Sequence record: MK977694.1
Length of the DNA: 64,000 nt
From: Escherichia phage vB_EcoM-Sa45lw
Strand: one strand, 5' to 3'
Part shown: in pieces, positions 19,804-38,548 of the stretch
Numbering within the stretch: position 1 is the first letter of the stretch
Layout of the letters: every line of letters begins with the position of its first letter
Notes under the pieces: generated by a model
The model's input: only the letters and a program-made list of their open reading frames with translations
What the model was told of the DNA's origin: nothing
The model's database searches: none
Program-made: the position numbers and the translations under genes

Positions 19804-20800
19804 TTCAAGTGTTATCTATCGTGCGATAGTTACTTCAAAATTTAGAACAGAAAAAATGTTGAATTTTTATAATTCAATTGGAAGTGGTCCGGATAAAAAC
19901 ACTATCTTTATCACATTTGGAAGATCAGAACCGTGGTCATCAAATGAAAATGAGGTGGGCTTTGCCCCACCTTATCCTACCGATTCTGTATTAGGTGTAA
20001 CTGACATGTGGACTCATATGATGGGAACAGTAAAAGTTCTTCCATCTATGCTTGATGCAGTTATTCCTCGTCGAGATTGGGGAGATACTAGATATCCGGA
20101 TCCATACACATTTAGAATTAATGATATTGTAGTGTGCAACTCAGCTCCTTACAACGCTACTGAATCAGGCGCGGGATGGTTAGTGTATCGCTGTTTAGAT
20201 GTTCCTGATACTGGAATGTGTTCAATCGCATCTTTAACTGATAAGGATGAATGCCTCAAATTAGGTGGAAAATGGACTCCTTCTGCTAGGTCAATGACTC
20301 CGCCTGAAGGCCGAGGAGATGCTGAAGGAACAATTGAACCCGGCGATGGATATGTATGGGAATATCTTTTTGAGATTCCGCCTGATGTATCTATAAATAG
20401 ATGCACGAATGAGTATATTGTAGTTCCTTGGCCTGAGGAATTAAAAGAAGACCCGACTAGATGGGGGTATGAAGATAATCTCACTTGGCAGCAAGATGAT
20501 TTTGGGTTAATTTATCGTGTTAAAGCTAATACAATTCGTTTTAAAGCATATTTAGATTCAGTTTATTTTCCTGAAGCTGCATTGCCGGGAAATAAAGGAT
20601 TTAGACAAATATCGATAATTACAAATCCTCTTGAAGCTAAAGTTCATCCAAATGATCCAAACGTTAAAGCTGAAAAGGATTATTATGATCCTGAAGATTT
20701 AATGAGGCATTCGGGTGAAATGATTTATATGGAAAATAGGCCACCTATTATTATGGCAATGGATCAGACAGAAGAAATCAATATTCTGTTTACATTTTAA
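19796..20800 (+). CDS. 8: baseplate wedge protein gp8 (334 aa)
   Basis: Length and order match T4 gp8; followed by hairpin terminator. Confidence 0.9.
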   Translation: MNDSSVIYRAIVTSKFRTEKMLNFYNSIGSGPDKNTIFITFGRSEPWSSNENEVGFAPPYPTDSVLGVTDMWTHMMGTVKVLPSMLDAVIPRRDWGDTRYPDPYTFRINDIVVCNSAPYNATESGAGWLVYRCLDVPDTGMCSIASLTDKDECLKLGGKWTPSARSMTPPEGRGDAEGTIEPGDGYVWEYLFEIPPDVSINRCTNEYIVVPWPEELKEDPTRWGYEDNLTWQQDDFGLIYRVKANTIRFKAYLDSVYFPEAALPGNKGFRQISIITNPLEAKVHPNDPNVKAEKDYYDPEDLMRHSGEMIYMENRPPIIMAMDQTEEINILFTF

Positions 20801-20805
20801 ATTAA

Positions 20806-20832
20806 GGGAGCCCATGGGCTCCCTTTTTCTTT
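20806..20832 (+). terminator. rho-independent terminator after gene 8
   Basis: GGGAGCCCATGGGCTCCC perfect hairpin followed by TTTTTCTTT. Confidence 0.7.
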
Positions 20833-20839
20833 ATAAATA
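20832..20839 (+). promoter_or_regulatory. T4 late promoter TATAAATA (gene 9)
   Basis: Exact TATAAATA 25 nt upstream of the gene 9 ATG. Confidence 0.6.
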
Positions 20840-20863
20840 CTATAAACTCATAAGGAAACCGCT

Positions 20864-21730
20864 ATGTTCATTCAAGAACCAAAGAAATTGATTGATACCG
20901 GCGAAATTGGTAACGCTTCTACTGGTGATATCTTATTCGACGGTGGTAATAAAATTAATAGTGATTTTAACGCAATTTATAACGCGTTTGGCGATCAACG
21001 TAAAATGGCAGTAGCAAATGGCACTGGAGCTGATGGTCAAATTATCCATGCTACTGGATATTATCAAAAACACTCTATCGCGGAGTACGCAACTCCAGTA
21101 AAAGTTGGCACTAGACATGATATTGATACTTCTACCGTAGGTGTTAAAGTTATCATTGAAAGAGGCGAACTTGGCGACTGCGTTGAATTTATTAACTCGA
21201 ATGGATCAATATCAGTTACTAATCCTTTAACGATTCAAGCTATTGATTCAATTAAAGGCGTTTCAGGTAATTTAGTAGTAACTAGTCCATATAGTAAAGT
21301 TACTTTACGTTGTATTTCATCTGATAATTCTACGTCGGTTTGGAATTATTCTATTGAAAGTATGTTTGGGCAAAAGGAATCACCAGCTGAAGGTACATGG
21401 AATATTTCTACATCTGGATCAGTTGACATTCCACTATTTCATCGCACTGAATACAATATGGCTAAATTGCTAGTTACATGCCAATCGATAGATGGAAGAA
21501 AAATTAAAACAGCAGAAATAAATATTCTTGTGGATACTGTTAATTCAGAGGTCATTTCTTCTGAATATGCTGTCATGCGAGTTGGGAATGAAACCGAAGA
21601 AGACGAAATCGCTAATATTGCATTTAGTGTTAAAGAAAATTATGTAACGGCGACTATAAGTTCTTCAACTGTCGGTATGAGAGCAGCAGTTAAAGTTATC
21701 GCTACGCAGAAAATCGGGGTGGCTCAATAA
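20864..21730 (+). CDS. 9: baseplate wedge tail fiber connector gp9 (288 aa)
   Basis: Length and order match T4 gp9. Confidence 0.9.
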   Translation: MFIQEPKKLIDTGEIGNASTGDILFDGGNKINSDFNAIYNAFGDQRKMAVANGTGADGQIIHATGYYQKHSIAEYATPVKVGTRHDIDTSTVGVKVIIERGELGDCVEFINSNGSISVTNPLTIQAIDSIKGVSGNLVVTSPYSKVTLRCISSDNSTSVWNYSIESMFGQKESPAEGTWNISTSGSVDIPLFHRTEYNMAKLLVTCQSIDGRKIKTAEINILVDTVNSEVISSEYAVMRVGNETEEDEIANIAFSVKENYVTATISSSTVGMRAAVKVIATQKIGVAQ

Positions 21731-23535
21731 TGAAACAAAATATTAATATCGGTAATGTTGTAGATGATGGTACCGGTGACTACCTGCGTAAAGGTGGTAT
21801 AAAAATAAATGAAAACTTTGATGAGCTTTATTATGAACTCGGTGATGGTAATGTTCCATATTCAGCCGGTGCTTGGAAAACTTATAATGCTTCATCTGGG
21901 CAAACATTAAAAGCTGAATGGGGAAAATCATACGCTATTAATACTTCGTCTGGAAGAGTAACACTGCAACTTCCTAAAGGAACTGTTAATGATTATAATA
22001 AAGTAATTAGAGCTAGGGATGTATTTGCAACATGGAATGTTAATCCAGTTACTTTAGTAGCCGCTTCTGGTGATACTATCAAAGGATCATCGTCATCGGT
22101 TGAAATTAACGTTCAATTTAGTGATTTAGAGCTAGTTTATTGCGCTCCGGGCCGTTGGGAATATGTCAAAAATAAACAAATTGACAAAATTATTAGTTCA
22201 GACATTAGCAATGTAGCTCGTAAAGAATTTTTAGTCGAAGTTCAAGGACAAACAGACTTTTTAGATATTTTCCGTGGAACTAGTTATAATGTTAATAACA
22301 TCAGAGTAAAACACCGCGGTAATGAATTGTATTACGGCGATGTTTTTAGCGAAAATAGCGACTTTGGTTCTCCTGGAGAAAATGAAGGCGAATTAGTTCC
22401 TCTTGATGGATTTAATATTCGATTAAGACAGCCTTGTAATATTGGTGACACTGTTCAAATTGAAACATTTATGGATGGTGTATCACAATGGAGAAGTTCA
22501 TATACAAGACGCCAAATAAAAGTACTGGATTCAAAACTAACATCAAAGACTTCTTTAGAAGGAAGTATTTACGTTACTGATTTATCGACGATGAAATCAA
22601 TTCCATTTTCCGCATTTGGATTAATTCCAGGAGAACCTATTAATCCTAATTCTCTTGAAGTTCGTTTTAATGGAATTTTACAACAACAAGCTGGAACAGC
22701 TGGATATCCTCTGTTTTTGTGTGAAGGCGCTAGTTCAGATACGCAAGAAGGATGTATATCTCTTGGTGGTGAATGGAAAGAATCAAACACAGATTATTCT
22801 ATAGAATATGAAGATGGAAAACCTACCAGTCTTTTATTTGATAGAAAATTTGAATCAGGCGATATAATCGTTATAACGTGGTTCAATAATGATTTAGGAA
22901 CTCTTTTAGAAAAAGATGACATCATTGAATTGACTGATGACCGTTATGTTAGCAAAGGATCATCTACCGAAGTTACTGGTGATGTAGCCTTAACAGATTT
23001 TGATAAAATCGGTTGGCCAAATGTTGAAAAAGTTGATTCTTATACTAGAACGTATAATTCAATATCATCTATTTTCGATAGCATTTATCCTGTAGGTTCA
23101 ATTTATGAAAATGCTATAAATCCAAATAATCCGGTGACTTATATGGGATTTGGTTCATGGAAATTATTTGGTAAAGGACAAGTTTTAGTAGGATGGAATG
23201 ATGATGTTACGGATCCAAACTTTGCTTTAAACAATAATGATTTAGATTCTAGCGGAAATCCTTCACATACTGCCGGTGGAACAGTTGGAACAACATCAGT
23301 AACGCTTGAAAACGCAAATCTTCCTGCAACTAAAACCGACGAAAGAGTTTTAATTGAAGACGAAAATGGATCGGTTATTATTGGAGGTTGCCAATATGAC
23401 CCAGATGAAACTGGTCCTATATATACAAAATATCGTGAAGACTACGCAACAACAAACTCTTCACATACTCCTCCTGCTAATATTAGTAATATTCAACCGT
23501 CTATTACTGTATACCGTTGGATAAGGATTGCATAA
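21730..23535 (+). CDS. 10: baseplate wedge subunit and tail pin gp10 (601 aa)
   Basis: Length and order match T4 gp10. Confidence 0.9.
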   Translation: MKQNINIGNVVDDGTGDYLRKGGIKINENFDELYYELGDGNVPYSAGAWKTYNASSGQTLKAEWGKSYAINTSSGRVTLQLPKGTVNDYNKVIRARDVFATWNVNPVTLVAASGDTIKGSSSSVEINVQFSDLELVYCAPGRWEYVKNKQIDKIISSDISNVARKEFLVEVQGQTDFLDIFRGTSYNVNNIRVKHRGNELYYGDVFSENSDFGSPGENEGELVPLDGFNIRLRQPCNIGDTVQIETFMDGVSQWRSSYTRRQIKVLDSKLTSKTSLEGSIYVTDLSTMKSIPFSAFGLIPGEPINPNSLEVRFNGILQQQAGTAGYPLFLCEGASSDTQEGCISLGGEWKESNTDYSIEYEDGKPTSLLFDRKFESGDIIVITWFNNDLGTLLEKDDIIELTDDRYVSKGSSTEVTGDVALTDFDKIGWPNVEKVDSYTRTYNSISSIFDSIYPVGSIYENAINPNNPVTYMGFGSWKLFGKGQVLVGWNDDVTDPNFALNNNDLDSSGNPSHTAGGTVGTTSVTLENANLPATKTDERVLIEDENGSVIIGGCQYDPDETGPIYTKYREDYATTNSSHTPPANISNIQPSITVYRWIRIA

Positions 23536-24194
23536 TGAGTTTACTTAATAATAAAGCGGGAGTTATTTCCCGCTTAGCAGATTTTCTTGGTTTTAGAACT
23601 AAGAAAAATGATATTTCGGTTATGAATAATCAGCCAGTAGGTGCTGTAACAATTTCACAAATAGCAAAAGGTTTTTATGACCCAAATGTAGAATCTGCTA
23701 TTAATGATGTTAGAAATATGGCAGAGCAACAGGTTGGAGCTGTATTAGTTAATATAAGCGGCGTATCTCCTACTGGAGTGCAACAAACAGACTACTGGTC
23801 ATTTGAAGGAACTGTCAATGATACTTCAGCCAAACCAGGTGACACAGTTATTGTTAACATGTTTGGTATTCCAGTTAAAGCTACTAATGGAATGACTTCA
23901 ATCGAATTTACCAGTGCCGTTAGAACAGCTCTACAGGAAATGGTTGCAAAATTTATTGCAATTGATTCATTTGAAGACCATCCTACCATAGGAAATAAAA
24001 TACAAGTTAAGTATTTAGATAACCAAGAACATATCTTAGAACAATACTCTGATAAAGGAATTACTTTCAAACAAGAAATAATTTCTCCTTCTAAACCCGG
24101 ATACGGAACTTGGCAATTATTAGGTGCGCAAACTGTTACGCTAGATAGTCACACACAACCTACGGTATTTTATTATTTTGAGAGAATAGCATGA
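23535..24194 (+). CDS. 11: baseplate wedge subunit and tail pin gp11 (219 aa)
   Basis: ATG at 23535 ([20 protein letters not shown], as in T4 gp11); TAATG overlap with gene 10; track ORF starts upstream at TTG. Confidence 0.9.
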   Translation: MSLLNNKAGVISRLADFLGFRTKKNDISVMNNQPVGAVTISQIAKGFYDPNVESAINDVRNMAEQQVGAVLVNISGVSPTGVQQTDYWSFEGTVNDTSAKPGDTVIVNMFGIPVKATNGMTSIEFTSAVRTALQEMVAKFIAIDSFEDHPTIGNKIQVKYLDNQEHILEQYSDKGITFKQEIISPSKPGYGTWQLLGAQTVTLDSHTQPTVFYYFERIA

Positions 24195-25741
24195 GTAACA
24201 ATACATATCAGCACGTATCAAATGAATCAAAATATGTTAAATTCGATCCTACTGGATCGAATTTTCCTGACACTGTCACGACAGTGCAGTCTGCACTATC
24301 AAAAATAAGTAATATCGGCGTAAATGGTATTCCTGATGCAACTATGGAAGTTAAAGGAATAGCAATGATTGCGTCAGAGCAAGAGGTTTTAGATGGAACT
24401 AATAATTCTAAAATCGTTACACCAGCTACATTAGCAACAAGATTATTGTATCCAAATGCTACTGAAACTAAGTATGGTTTAACGCGCTATTCAACAAATG
24501 AAGAAACATTAGAAGGCTCAGATAATAATTCATCAATAACGCCGCAAAAACTGAAATACCATACTGACGATGTGTTCCAAAATAGATATTCGTCTGAGTC
24601 ATCAAACGGGGTTATTAAAATATCATCTACACCTGCAGCTTTAGCTGGAGTTGATGATACTACGGCAATGACTCCACTGAAAACACAAAAACTTGCAATA
24701 AAATTAATTTCACAAATAGCTCCTTCCGAAGATACTGCATCAGAATCTGTGAGAGGTGTAGTTCAATTATCTACTGTTGCGCAAACACGTCAAGGAACTC
24801 TCCGCGAAGGATATGCAATTTCTCCGTATACATTTATGAATTCTGTTGCAACACAAGAATATAAGGGCGTTATACGTTTAGGAACACAATCGGAAATTAA
24901 CAGTAATTTAGGAGATGTTGCAGTAACAGGTGAAACACTAAATGGTCGAGGAGCTACCGGTTCTATGCGTGGGGTAGTAAAATTAACGACGCAAGCCGGT
25001 ATTGCCCCTGAAGGTGATAGCTCTGGAGCATTAGCATGGAACGCAGATGTAATTAATACTCGTGGTGGACAAACTATTAATGGTTCTTTAAATTTAGACC
25101 ATCTTACAGCAAACGGAATTTGGTCGCGCGGCGGAATGTGGAAAAATGGCGATCAACCTGTTGCCACTGAAAGATATGCGTCCGAAAGAGTTCCAGTTGG
25201 AACTATTATGATGTTTGCGGGTGATTCAGCACCTCCGGGTTGGATTATGTGCCACGGTGGAACAGTGTCAGGAGATCAATATCCTGATTATAGAAACACA
25301 GTTGGAACAAGATTTGGTGGTGATTGGAATAACCCTGGCATTCCTGATATGAGAGGTCTTTTTGTTAGAGGAGCTGGCACGGGCGGTCATATTTTAAATC
25401 AACGTGGACAAGATGGTTATGGGAAGGATAGACTTGGTGTAGGATGTGACGGAATGCATGTTGGTGGCGTTCAAGCACAACAAATGTCATACCATAAACA
25501 CGCTGGTGGTTGGGGGGAATATAACAGAAGTGAAGGTCCATTTGGCGCGTCCGTTTATCAAGGATATCTTGGAACTAGAAAATATTCCGACTGGGATAAT
25601 GCTTCATACTTCACTAATGATGGATTTGAATTGGGTGGACCGAGAGATGCCCTTGGTACACTTAATCGTGAAGGATTAATTGGTTATGAAACTAGACCAT
25701 GGAATATATCATTAAACTATATTATTAAAATTCATTACTAA
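24191..25741 (+). CDS. 12: short tail fiber protein gp12 (516 aa)
   Basis: Order and size match T4 gp12. Confidence 0.9.
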   Translation: MSNNTYQHVSNESKYVKFDPTGSNFPDTVTTVQSALSKISNIGVNGIPDATMEVKGIAMIASEQEVLDGTNNSKIVTPATLATRLLYPNATETKYGLTRYSTNEETLEGSDNNSSITPQKLKYHTDDVFQNRYSSESSNGVIKISSTPAALAGVDDTTAMTPLKTQKLAIKLISQIAPSEDTASESVRGVVQLSTVAQTRQGTLREGYAISPYTFMNSVATQEYKGVIRLGTQSEINSNLGDVAVTGETLNGRGATGSMRGVVKLTTQAGIAPEGDSSGALAWNADVINTRGGQTINGSLNLDHLTANGIWSRGGMWKNGDQPVATERYASERVPVGTIMMFAGDSAPPGWIMCHGGTVSGDQYPDYRNTVGTRFGGDWNNPGIPDMRGLFVRGAGTGGHILNQRGQDGYGKDRLGVGCDGMHVGGVQAQQMSYHKHAGGWGEYNRSEGPFGASVYQGYLGTRKYSDWDNASYFTNDGFELGGPRDALGTLNREGLIGYETRPWNISLNYIIKIHY

Positions 25742-25750
25742 GGATTACAA

Positions 25751-27208
25751 ATGATTGAATTAAAAGAGTTACCTTTTGTTGATAGCGTTCCTGGCGAAGG
25801 CCAGGAGCGTATTTCATGGATTAAAAATGGTGAAGAAATATTAGGAGCTAGTACTAAGTATGGAAACGATGGATCAATGAATAGACCAACTGTTTCCGTG
25901 TTTAAAAATGTTGAGGTTCTTGACGAAAATATAGGAATTCTTAAAACAGCATTAGAAACATCCCAGGAAGATATTAAAACCATTCAGGGTATCTTAGATG
26001 TATCTGATGATATAGAAGCTTTATCGCAAATAAGTATCAATAAAAAGGATATCACTGATCTTAAAACGCTTACGAGTGAACATACCGAAATATTAAATGG
26101 AACTAATAATACTGTCGATAGCATTCTTGCTGACATTGGTCCATTTAATTCGCAAGCAAATTCAGTTTATAGAACGATTAGAAATGATTTGTTATGGATT
26201 AAAAGGGAATTAGGACAATATGCTGGGCAAGACATTAACGGTCTTCCTGTTGTAGGAAATAGCAGCACGGGTATGAAGCACCGTATCATTAATAATACAG
26301 ATGCTATAACTTCCCAAGGAATACGTCTAAGTGATTTGGAAGAAAAATTTATTGAATCTGATGTAGGTTCACTGACAATTGAAGTCGGAAATCTTAGACA
26401 AGAACTTGGACAAAGACCATCTTCATTTAGTGAAAGCATATATTCACGTGTGCATAATTTAGATCAATCACAGATTAATCTTAGTTCCGAAATTAAATCT
26501 ATCAAAACTTCTATTGGATATCCAGGAAATACTTCAATAATCACAGATGTTAACACTAATACACGAGAAATTTCAGCTTTAAATGATGAACTAAATAAAA
26601 GCGGAGGTATTAAACAACGATTGACTGTCATTGAAACATCAATTGGCTCAGATGATATTCCTTCTAGTATTAAAGGTCAAATTAAAGATAATACCACATC
26701 AATTGAGTTTTTAAATGGAATTGTTGGTGAAAACACTTCATCTGGACTACGAGCAAATGTTTCATGGCTAAACCAAATCGTTGGAACTGATTCTAGTGGA
26801 GGTCAACCTTCTCCTCCGGGGTCTCTTTTAAATAGAGTTTCAACAGTTGAAACCTCTGTCAATAGACTTAACAATGATGTTCAAAACTTACAGGTTGAAA
26901 TTGGTAATAACAATTCCGGAATTAAAGGGCAAGTTGTAACACTAAATAAATTAGTAAATGGAACAAATCCGAATGGTTCAACTGTCGAAGAACGCGGATT
27001 GACTAATTCAATAAAAGCTAATGAGACTAACATTTCTTCAATTAATCAAGAGATTCGTAGTATTAAAGGTAATGTGTCCTCATTGCAGAGGGATGTCCAG
27101 ACTTTACAAGAAGCTGGTTATATTCCTGAAGCTCCAAAAGATGGTCAAGCTTACGTTCGTAAAGACGGCGAATGGGTATTGCTTTCTACCTTTTTATCAC
27201 CAGCATAA
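25751..27208 (+). CDS. wac: fibritin (whisker antigen control, wac), 485 aa
   Basis: Long segmented coiled-coil middle region with small C-terminal foldon-like end ([27 protein letters not shown]); position between 12 and 13. Confidence 0.9.
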   Translation: MIELKELPFVDSVPGEGQERISWIKNGEEILGASTKYGNDGSMNRPTVSVFKNVEVLDENIGILKTALETSQEDIKTIQGILDVSDDIEALSQISINKKDITDLKTLTSEHTEILNGTNNTVDSILADIGPFNSQANSVYRTIRNDLLWIKRELGQYAGQDINGLPVVGNSSTGMKHRIINNTDAITSQGIRLSDLEEKFIESDVGSLTIEVGNLRQELGQRPSSFSESIYSRVHNLDQSQINLSSEIKSIKTSIGYPGNTSIITDVNTNTREISALNDELNKSGGIKQRLTVIETSIGSDDIPSSIKGQIKDNTTSIEFLNGIVGENTSSGLRANVSWLNQIVGTDSSGGQPSPPGSLLNRVSTVETSVNRLNNDVQNLQVEIGNNNSGIKGQVVTLNKLVNGTNPNGSTVEERGLTNSIKANETNISSINQEIRSIKGNVSSLQRDVQTLQEAGYIPEAPKDGQAYVRKDGEWVLLSTFLSPA

Positions 27209-27239
27209 CATGGGGCCGCAAGGCCCTAAAGGATTTTAA

Positions 27240-28941
<1,702 letters not shown>

Positions 28942-28982
28942 TAAATATTATAAACTAATTAAAGCCCAGATTAGGAGAAATC

Positions 28983-32123
<3,141 letters not shown>

Positions 32124-32151
32124 TATTAAAGCATATTAAAGAGGATTAAAA

Positions 32152-34131
32152 ATGACTTTATTATCTCCGGGCATTGAGCTCAAAGAAACTACGGTTCAAA
32201 GCACCGTGGTTAATAACTCTACTGGTACAGCAGCTTTGGCCGGTAAATTCCAGTGGGGTCCTGCTTTTCAGATTAAACAGGTTACAAATGAAGTAGATTT
32301 AGTTAATACTTTTGGTCAACCAACCGCTGAAACTGCTGACTATTTTATGTCTGCGATGAATTTCTTGCAGTACGGAAATGACTTACGAGTAGTTCGTGCT
32401 GTTGATAGAGATACCGCTAAAAACTCATCGCCAATTGCTGGTAATATTGAATACACAATTTCTACCCCAGGTAGTAACTATGCAGTTGGAGATAAAATCA
32501 CGGTCAAATATGTTTCAGATGATATTGAAACTGAAGGTAAAATTACCGAAGTAGACGCAGATGGAAAAATTAAGAAAATTAATATTCCTACTGCAAAAAT
32601 TATTGCTAAAGCTAAAGAAGTTGGCGAATACCCAACATTAGGTTCTAACTGGACTGCAGAAATTTCTTCATCTTCTTCCGGTTTAGCTGCAGTAATAACT
32701 CTTGGAAAAATTATTACTGATTCCGGTATTTTATTAGCTGAAATCGAGAGCGCTGAAACTGCTATGACAGCAGTTAATTTTCAGGAAAATCTTGAAAAAT
32801 ATGGAATTCCAGGAGTAGTAGCTCTCTATCCAGGCGAATTAGGCGATAAAATTGAAATTGAAATCGTATCTAAAGCTGACTATGCGAAAGGCGCTTCTGC
32901 ATTACTGCCAATTTATCCAGGTGGTGGTACTCGTGCATCTACTGCCAAGGCAGTATTTGGATATGGGCCGCAGACTGACTCACAGTACGCTATTATAGTT
33001 CGTCGAAATGATGCTATTGTTCAAAGCGTTGTTCTTTCAACTAAGCGTGGTGAAAAAGATATTTACGATAGTAACATCTATATCGATGACTTTTTCGCAA
33101 AAGGCGGCTCAGAATATATTTTTGCAACTGCACAAAACTGGCCAGAAGGCTTCTCTGGAATTTTAACTCTGTCTGGTGGATTATCATCAAATGCTGAAGT
33201 AACAGCAGGAGATTTGATGGAAGCTTGGGACTTCTTTGCTGACCGTGAATCTGTTGACGTTCAACTGTTTATTGCGGGTTCTTGTGCCGGTGAATCTCTA
33301 GAAACAGCATCTACTGTCCAAAAACACGTCGTTTCAATTGGGGATGCTCGCCAAGATTGCTTAGTATTGTGCTCACCACCGCGTGAAACTGTAGTTGGAA
33401 TTCCTGTAACCCGTGCTGTTGACAACTTAGTCAATTGGAGAACTGCCGCAGGTTCATATACTGATAATAACTTTAATATTAGTTCAACCTACGCAGCAAT
33501 TGATGGTAACTACAAATATCAGTATGACAAATATAATGATGTGAATCGTTGGGTTCCATTAGCAGCTGATATTGCTGGTTTATGCGCAAGAACTGATAAC
33601 GTATCTCAGACTTGGATGTCACCAGCTGGTTATAATCGTGGCCAGATTCTTAACGTTATTAAACTTGCTATTGAAACTCGCCAGGCACAACGTGACCGCT
33701 TATATCAAGAAGCTATCAACCCAGTAACTGGTACAGGTGGTGATGGTTACGTATTGTATGGTGATAAAACAGCTACTTCTGTTCCTTCTCCATTTGATCG
33801 TATTAACGTTCGTCGTCTGTTTAATATGTTGAAAACGAATATCGGACGTAGTTCAAAATATCGTTTGTTCGAATTAAACAACGCGTTTACTCGTTCTTCA
33901 TTCCGTACAGAAACTGCTCAGTACTTGCAAGGAATTAAAGCTCTTGGCGGAATTTATGAATATCGTGTAGTTTGCGATACAACAAATAACACTCCGTCAG
34001 TAATTGATAGAAATGAGTTTGTTGCAACATTCTACATCCAACCGGCTAGAAGCATTAACTACATTACTTTAAACTTCGTAGCAACTGCTACTGGTGCAGA
34101 CTTCGATGAGTTAACTGGTCTTGCAGGTTAA
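32152..34131 (+). CDS. 18: tail sheath protein gp18 (659 aa)
   Basis: Length 659 aa and order match T4 gp18. Confidence 0.95.
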   Translation: MTLLSPGIELKETTVQSTVVNNSTGTAALAGKFQWGPAFQIKQVTNEVDLVNTFGQPTAETADYFMSAMNFLQYGNDLRVVRAVDRDTAKNSSPIAGNIEYTISTPGSNYAVGDKITVKYVSDDIETEGKITEVDADGKIKKINIPTAKIIAKAKEVGEYPTLGSNWTAEISSSSSGLAAVITLGKIITDSGILLAEIESAETAMTAVNFQENLEKYGIPGVVALYPGELGDKIEIEIVSKADYAKGASALLPIYPGGGTRASTAKAVFGYGPQTDSQYAIIVRRNDAIVQSVVLSTKRGEKDIYDSNIYIDDFFAKGGSEYIFATAQNWPEGFSGILTLSGGLSSNAEVTAGDLMEAWDFFADRESVDVQLFIAGSCAGESLETASTVQKHVVSIGDARQDCLVLCSPPRETVVGIPVTRAVDNLVNWRTAAGSYTDNNFNISSTYAAIDGNYKYQYDKYNDVNRWVPLAADIAGLCARTDNVSQTWMSPAGYNRGQILNVIKLAIETRQAQRDRLYQEAINPVTGTGGDGYVLYGDKTATSVPSPFDRINVRRLFNMLKTNIGRSSKYRLFELNNAFTRSSFRTETAQYLQGIKALGGIYEYRVVCDTTNNTPSVIDRNEFVATFYIQPARSINYITLNFVATATGADFDELTGLAG

Positions 34132-34147
34132 TACGGTGCATTCTAAA

Positions 34148-34233
34148 GGCCTGTTTCGGCAGGCCATATAAATACACTATATCCTTAATTCTTTAATTCT
34201 ATATGCCCTAGGTTAAACATAGGGATATAAATA
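34148..34233 (+). promoter_or_regulatory. gene 18-19 intergenic control region: hairpin (34148-34165) plus two late promoters (34167-34174, 34226-34233)
   Basis: GGCCTG-TTTCGG-CAGGCC hairpin followed by two exact TATAAATA boxes upstream of gene 19. Confidence 0.55.
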
Positions 34234-34247
34234 CTACAGAGGCTAAT

Positions 34248-34739
34248 ATGTTTGTAGATGATGTAACACGAGCGTTTGAATCTGGTGATTTTGCGCGACC
34301 TAACTTATTCCAAGTAGAAATTTCTTATCTTGGACAAAATTTTACGTTCCAATGTAAAGCCACTGCTTTACCAGCTGGTATTGTAGAAAAAATTCCAGTC
34401 GGATTTATGAACCGTAAAATTAACGTGGCAGGCGATCGTACATTCGATGACTGGACTGTTACAGTAATGAACGATGAGGCACATGATGCTCGCCAGAAGT
34501 TCGTTGATTGGCAAAGCATTGCTGCTGGTCAAGGAAACGAAATTACTGGTGGAAAACCTGCAGAGTATAAAAAGAGCGCTATCGTTCGTCAATATGCTCG
34601 TGACGCTAAAACAGTAACAAAAGAAATTGAAATTAAAGGTCTATGGCCTACTAACGTGGGTGAACTTCAATTAGATTGGGATTCAAACAATGAAATTCAA
34701 ACCTTTGAAGTAACTCTTGCTCTCGATTATTGGGAATAA
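34248..34739 (+). CDS. 19: tail tube protein gp19 (163 aa)
   Basis: Length 163 aa and order match T4 gp19. Confidence 0.95.
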   Translation: MFVDDVTRAFESGDFARPNLFQVEISYLGQNFTFQCKATALPAGIVEKIPVGFMNRKINVAGDRTFDDWTVTVMNDEAHDARQKFVDWQSIAAGQGNEITGGKPAEYKKSAIVRQYARDAKTVTKEIEIKGLWPTNVGELQLDWDSNNEIQTFEVTLALDYWE

Positions 34740-34746
34740 AATGAAT

Positions 34747-36396
<1,650 letters not shown>

Positions 36397-36397
<1 letters not shown>

Positions 36398-36627
36398 TGG
36401 AAGGTTTAATTGAAGCTATTAAATCAAACGACCTCGTAGCCGCTCGTAAATTATTTGCTGAAGCCATGGCTGCAAGAACGACTGATTTAATCAAAGAAGA
36501 AAAAATCACTATCGCTCGTAATTTCTTAATCGAGGGTGAAGAACCTGATGACGAGGATGACGACGAAGATAGCGATGATGATAAAGACGACAAAAAAGAC
36601 AAAGACTCTGACGAGGATGATGAATAA
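36397..36627 (+). CDS. 67: prohead core protein gp67 (76 aa, acidic C-terminus)
   Basis: Small protein with poly-Asp/Glu tail between portal and gp68; TAATG overlap. Confidence 0.8.
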
Positions 36628-37052
36628 TGATTCTAATCCCTGAAACTCATGAATTAGTTCTCGAGAATGTCGAAGCACTTATTCCTGAAGCACAGGGTCG
36701 CTTTGACGAGTTGTCTTCTGCTTTAAATAAAGACGATATAAATAAAATTATCGAGAATATGCTTGATGATGAAACTGATTTAGCGGTTGCATTAGCTTCT
36801 ATTAATGAAAATATGCCGTTAAATGAATTTATCGTTAAACATGTTTCTGCCCGTGGTGAAATTACTCGCACTAAAGATCGCAAAACCCGCGAACGTAATG
36901 CATTTCAAACTACCGGGTTGTCTAAAGCAAAACGTAGACAAATTGCTCGTAAAGCTACCAAAACGAAGATTGCCAATCCAGCAGGTCAATCTCGTGCTCA
37001 GCGTAAGCGTAAAAAAGCTCTTAAACGCCGTAAAGCATTAGGATTAAGCTAA
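36627..37052 (+). CDS. 68: prohead core protein gp68 (141 aa)
   Basis: 141 aa, T4 order. Confidence 0.85.
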   Translation: MILIPETHELVLENVEALIPEAQGRFDELSSALNKDDINKIIENMLDDETDLAVALASINENMPLNEFIVKHVSARGEITRTKDRKTRERNAFQTTGLSKAKRRQIARKATKTKIANPAGQSRAQRKRKKALKRRKALGLS

Positions 37053-37690
37053 TGAATGAACCCCAATTGCTAATTGAAACTTGGGGTCAACCTGGCGAAA
37101 TTATTGATGGTGTGCCAATGCTTGAATCCCATGATGGGAAAGACTTAGGTTTAAAACCTGGTTTATACATCGAAGGAATATTCATGCAAGCAGAAGTCGT
37201 CAATAGAAATAAACGTCTTTATCCAAAACGTATATTAGAAAAAGCGGTAAAAGACTATATTAATGAGCAAGTTTTAACTAAACAAGCTCTCGGAGAATTA
37301 AATCATCCTCCACGCGCTAATGTTGACCCGATGCAAGCCGCTATCATTATAGAAGATATGTGGTGGAAAGGAAATGACGTATACGGACGAGCTCGTGTTA
37401 TTGAAGGTGACCATGGTCCTGGAGATAAATTAGCAGCTAATATTCGTGCCGGATGGATTCCAGGAGTTTCTTCTCGTGGATTAGGTTCATTGACTGACAC
37501 AAATAAAGGTTATCGTATCGTAAACGAAGGATTCAAATTAACTGTAGGTGTTGATGCAGTATGGGGTCCAAGTGCTCCAGATGCATGGGTAACTCCTAAG
37601 GAAATTACCGAATCACAGACGGCGGAAGCCGATACAAGTGCCGATGACGCCTATATGGCTCTCGCAGAGGCCATGAAAAAAGCGTTATAA
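37052..37690 (+). CDS. 21: prohead core protease gp21 (212 aa)
   Basis: 212 aa, T4 order between 68 and 22. Confidence 0.9.
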   Translation: MNEPQLLIETWGQPGEIIDGVPMLESHDGKDLGLKPGLYIEGIFMQAEVVNRNKRLYPKRILEKAVKDYINEQVLTKQALGELNHPPRANVDPMQAAIIIEDMWWKGNDVYGRARVIEGDHGPGDKLAANIRAGWIPGVSSRGLGSLTDTNKGYRIVNEGFKLTVGVDAVWGPSAPDAWVTPKEITESQTAEADTSADDAYMALAEAMKKAL

Positions 37691-37693
37691 ATA
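37686..37693 (+). promoter_or_regulatory. T4 late promoter TATAAATA (gene 22)
   Basis: Exact TATAAATA 28 nt upstream of the gene 22 ATG. Confidence 0.55.
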
Positions 37694-37720
37694 TTATTAT
37701 CTAAACAACAGGACTACAAA

Positions 37721-38530
37721 ATGCTTAAAGAACAACTGATTGCCGAAGCGCAGAAAATTGATGCTTCCGTTGCTCTTGATAGTATTTTCGAATCAGTTAA
37801 TATTTCTCCGGAAGCAAAAGAAACTTTCGGCACTGTATTCGAAGCTACCGTCAAGCAGCACGCCGTTAAATTAGCTGAATCTCATATCGCTAAAATTGCT
37901 GAAAAAGCAGAAGAAGAAGTAGAAAAAAATAAAGAAGAAGCAGAAGAAAAAGCTGAGAAGAAAATCGCTGAGCAAGCTTCTAAATTCCTTGACCATCTTG
38001 CAAAAGAATGGCTCACTGAAAATAAATTAGCAGTAGATAAAGGTATCAAAGCCGAACTGTTTGAATCCATGCTTGGTGGATTGAAAGAGCTCTTCGTTGA
38101 ACACAACGTTGTTGTTCCAGAAGAATCAGTTGATGTTGTAGCTGAAATGGAAGAAGAACTGCAAGAACATAAAGAAGAATCAGCTCGTCTGTTCGAAGAA
38201 CTCAATAAGCGTGACGCATATATCAATTATGTGCAGCGTGAAGTGGCATTGAGCGAAAGTACTAAAGATCTGACTGAGTCTCAAAAAGAAAAAGTCTCTG
38301 CTCTGGTCGAAGGTATTGATTATTCAGATGCATTCTCAAGCAAATTGAGTGCCATCGTAGAAATGGTGAAGAAATCTAATAAAGATGAAAGCACTATTAC
38401 TGAGAGTATAAATACTCCTGATACTGAAGCAGCCGGACTGAATTTCGTCACTGAAGCTGTAGAAGATAAATCTGCACAAGGTGCAGAAGATATTGTAAGT
38501 GTATATGCGAAAGTCGCATCTCGTTTCTAA
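37721..38530 (+). CDS. 22: prohead core scaffold protein gp22 (269 aa)
   Basis: 269 aa, highly acidic coiled-coil, T4 order. Confidence 0.9.
   Translation: MLKEQLIAEAQKIDASVALDSIFESVNISPEAKETFGTVFEATVKQHAVKLAESHIAKIAEKAEEEVEKNKEEAEEKAEKKIAEQASKFLDHLAKEWLTENKLAVDKGIKAELFESMLGGLKELFVEHNVVVPEESVDVVAEMEEELQEHKEESARLFEELNKRDAYINYVQREVALSESTKDLTESQKEKVSALVEGIDYSDAFSSKLSAIVEMVKKSNKDESTITESINTPDTEAAGLNFVTEAVEDKSAQGAEDIVSVYAKVASRF
38407..38414 (+). promoter_or_regulatory. candidate late promoter TATAAATACTCC inside the 3' end of gene 22 (possible P23)
   Basis: Exact TATAAATA; nearest late box upstream of gene 23, though 135 nt from its ATG. Confidence 0.35.
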
Positions 38531-38548
38531 TTTTAAAGGTTAACACAA

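Noticed and set aside
37882-38226. Antisense ORF (114 aa, Ser-rich) inside gene 22, and similar antisense ORFs inside genes 23, 17, 5 and 7 listed in the ORF track
   Set aside because: They lie entirely within well-supported structural genes on the opposite strand, lack RBS, and have low-complexity composition typical of antisense frames of AT-rich coding DNA.
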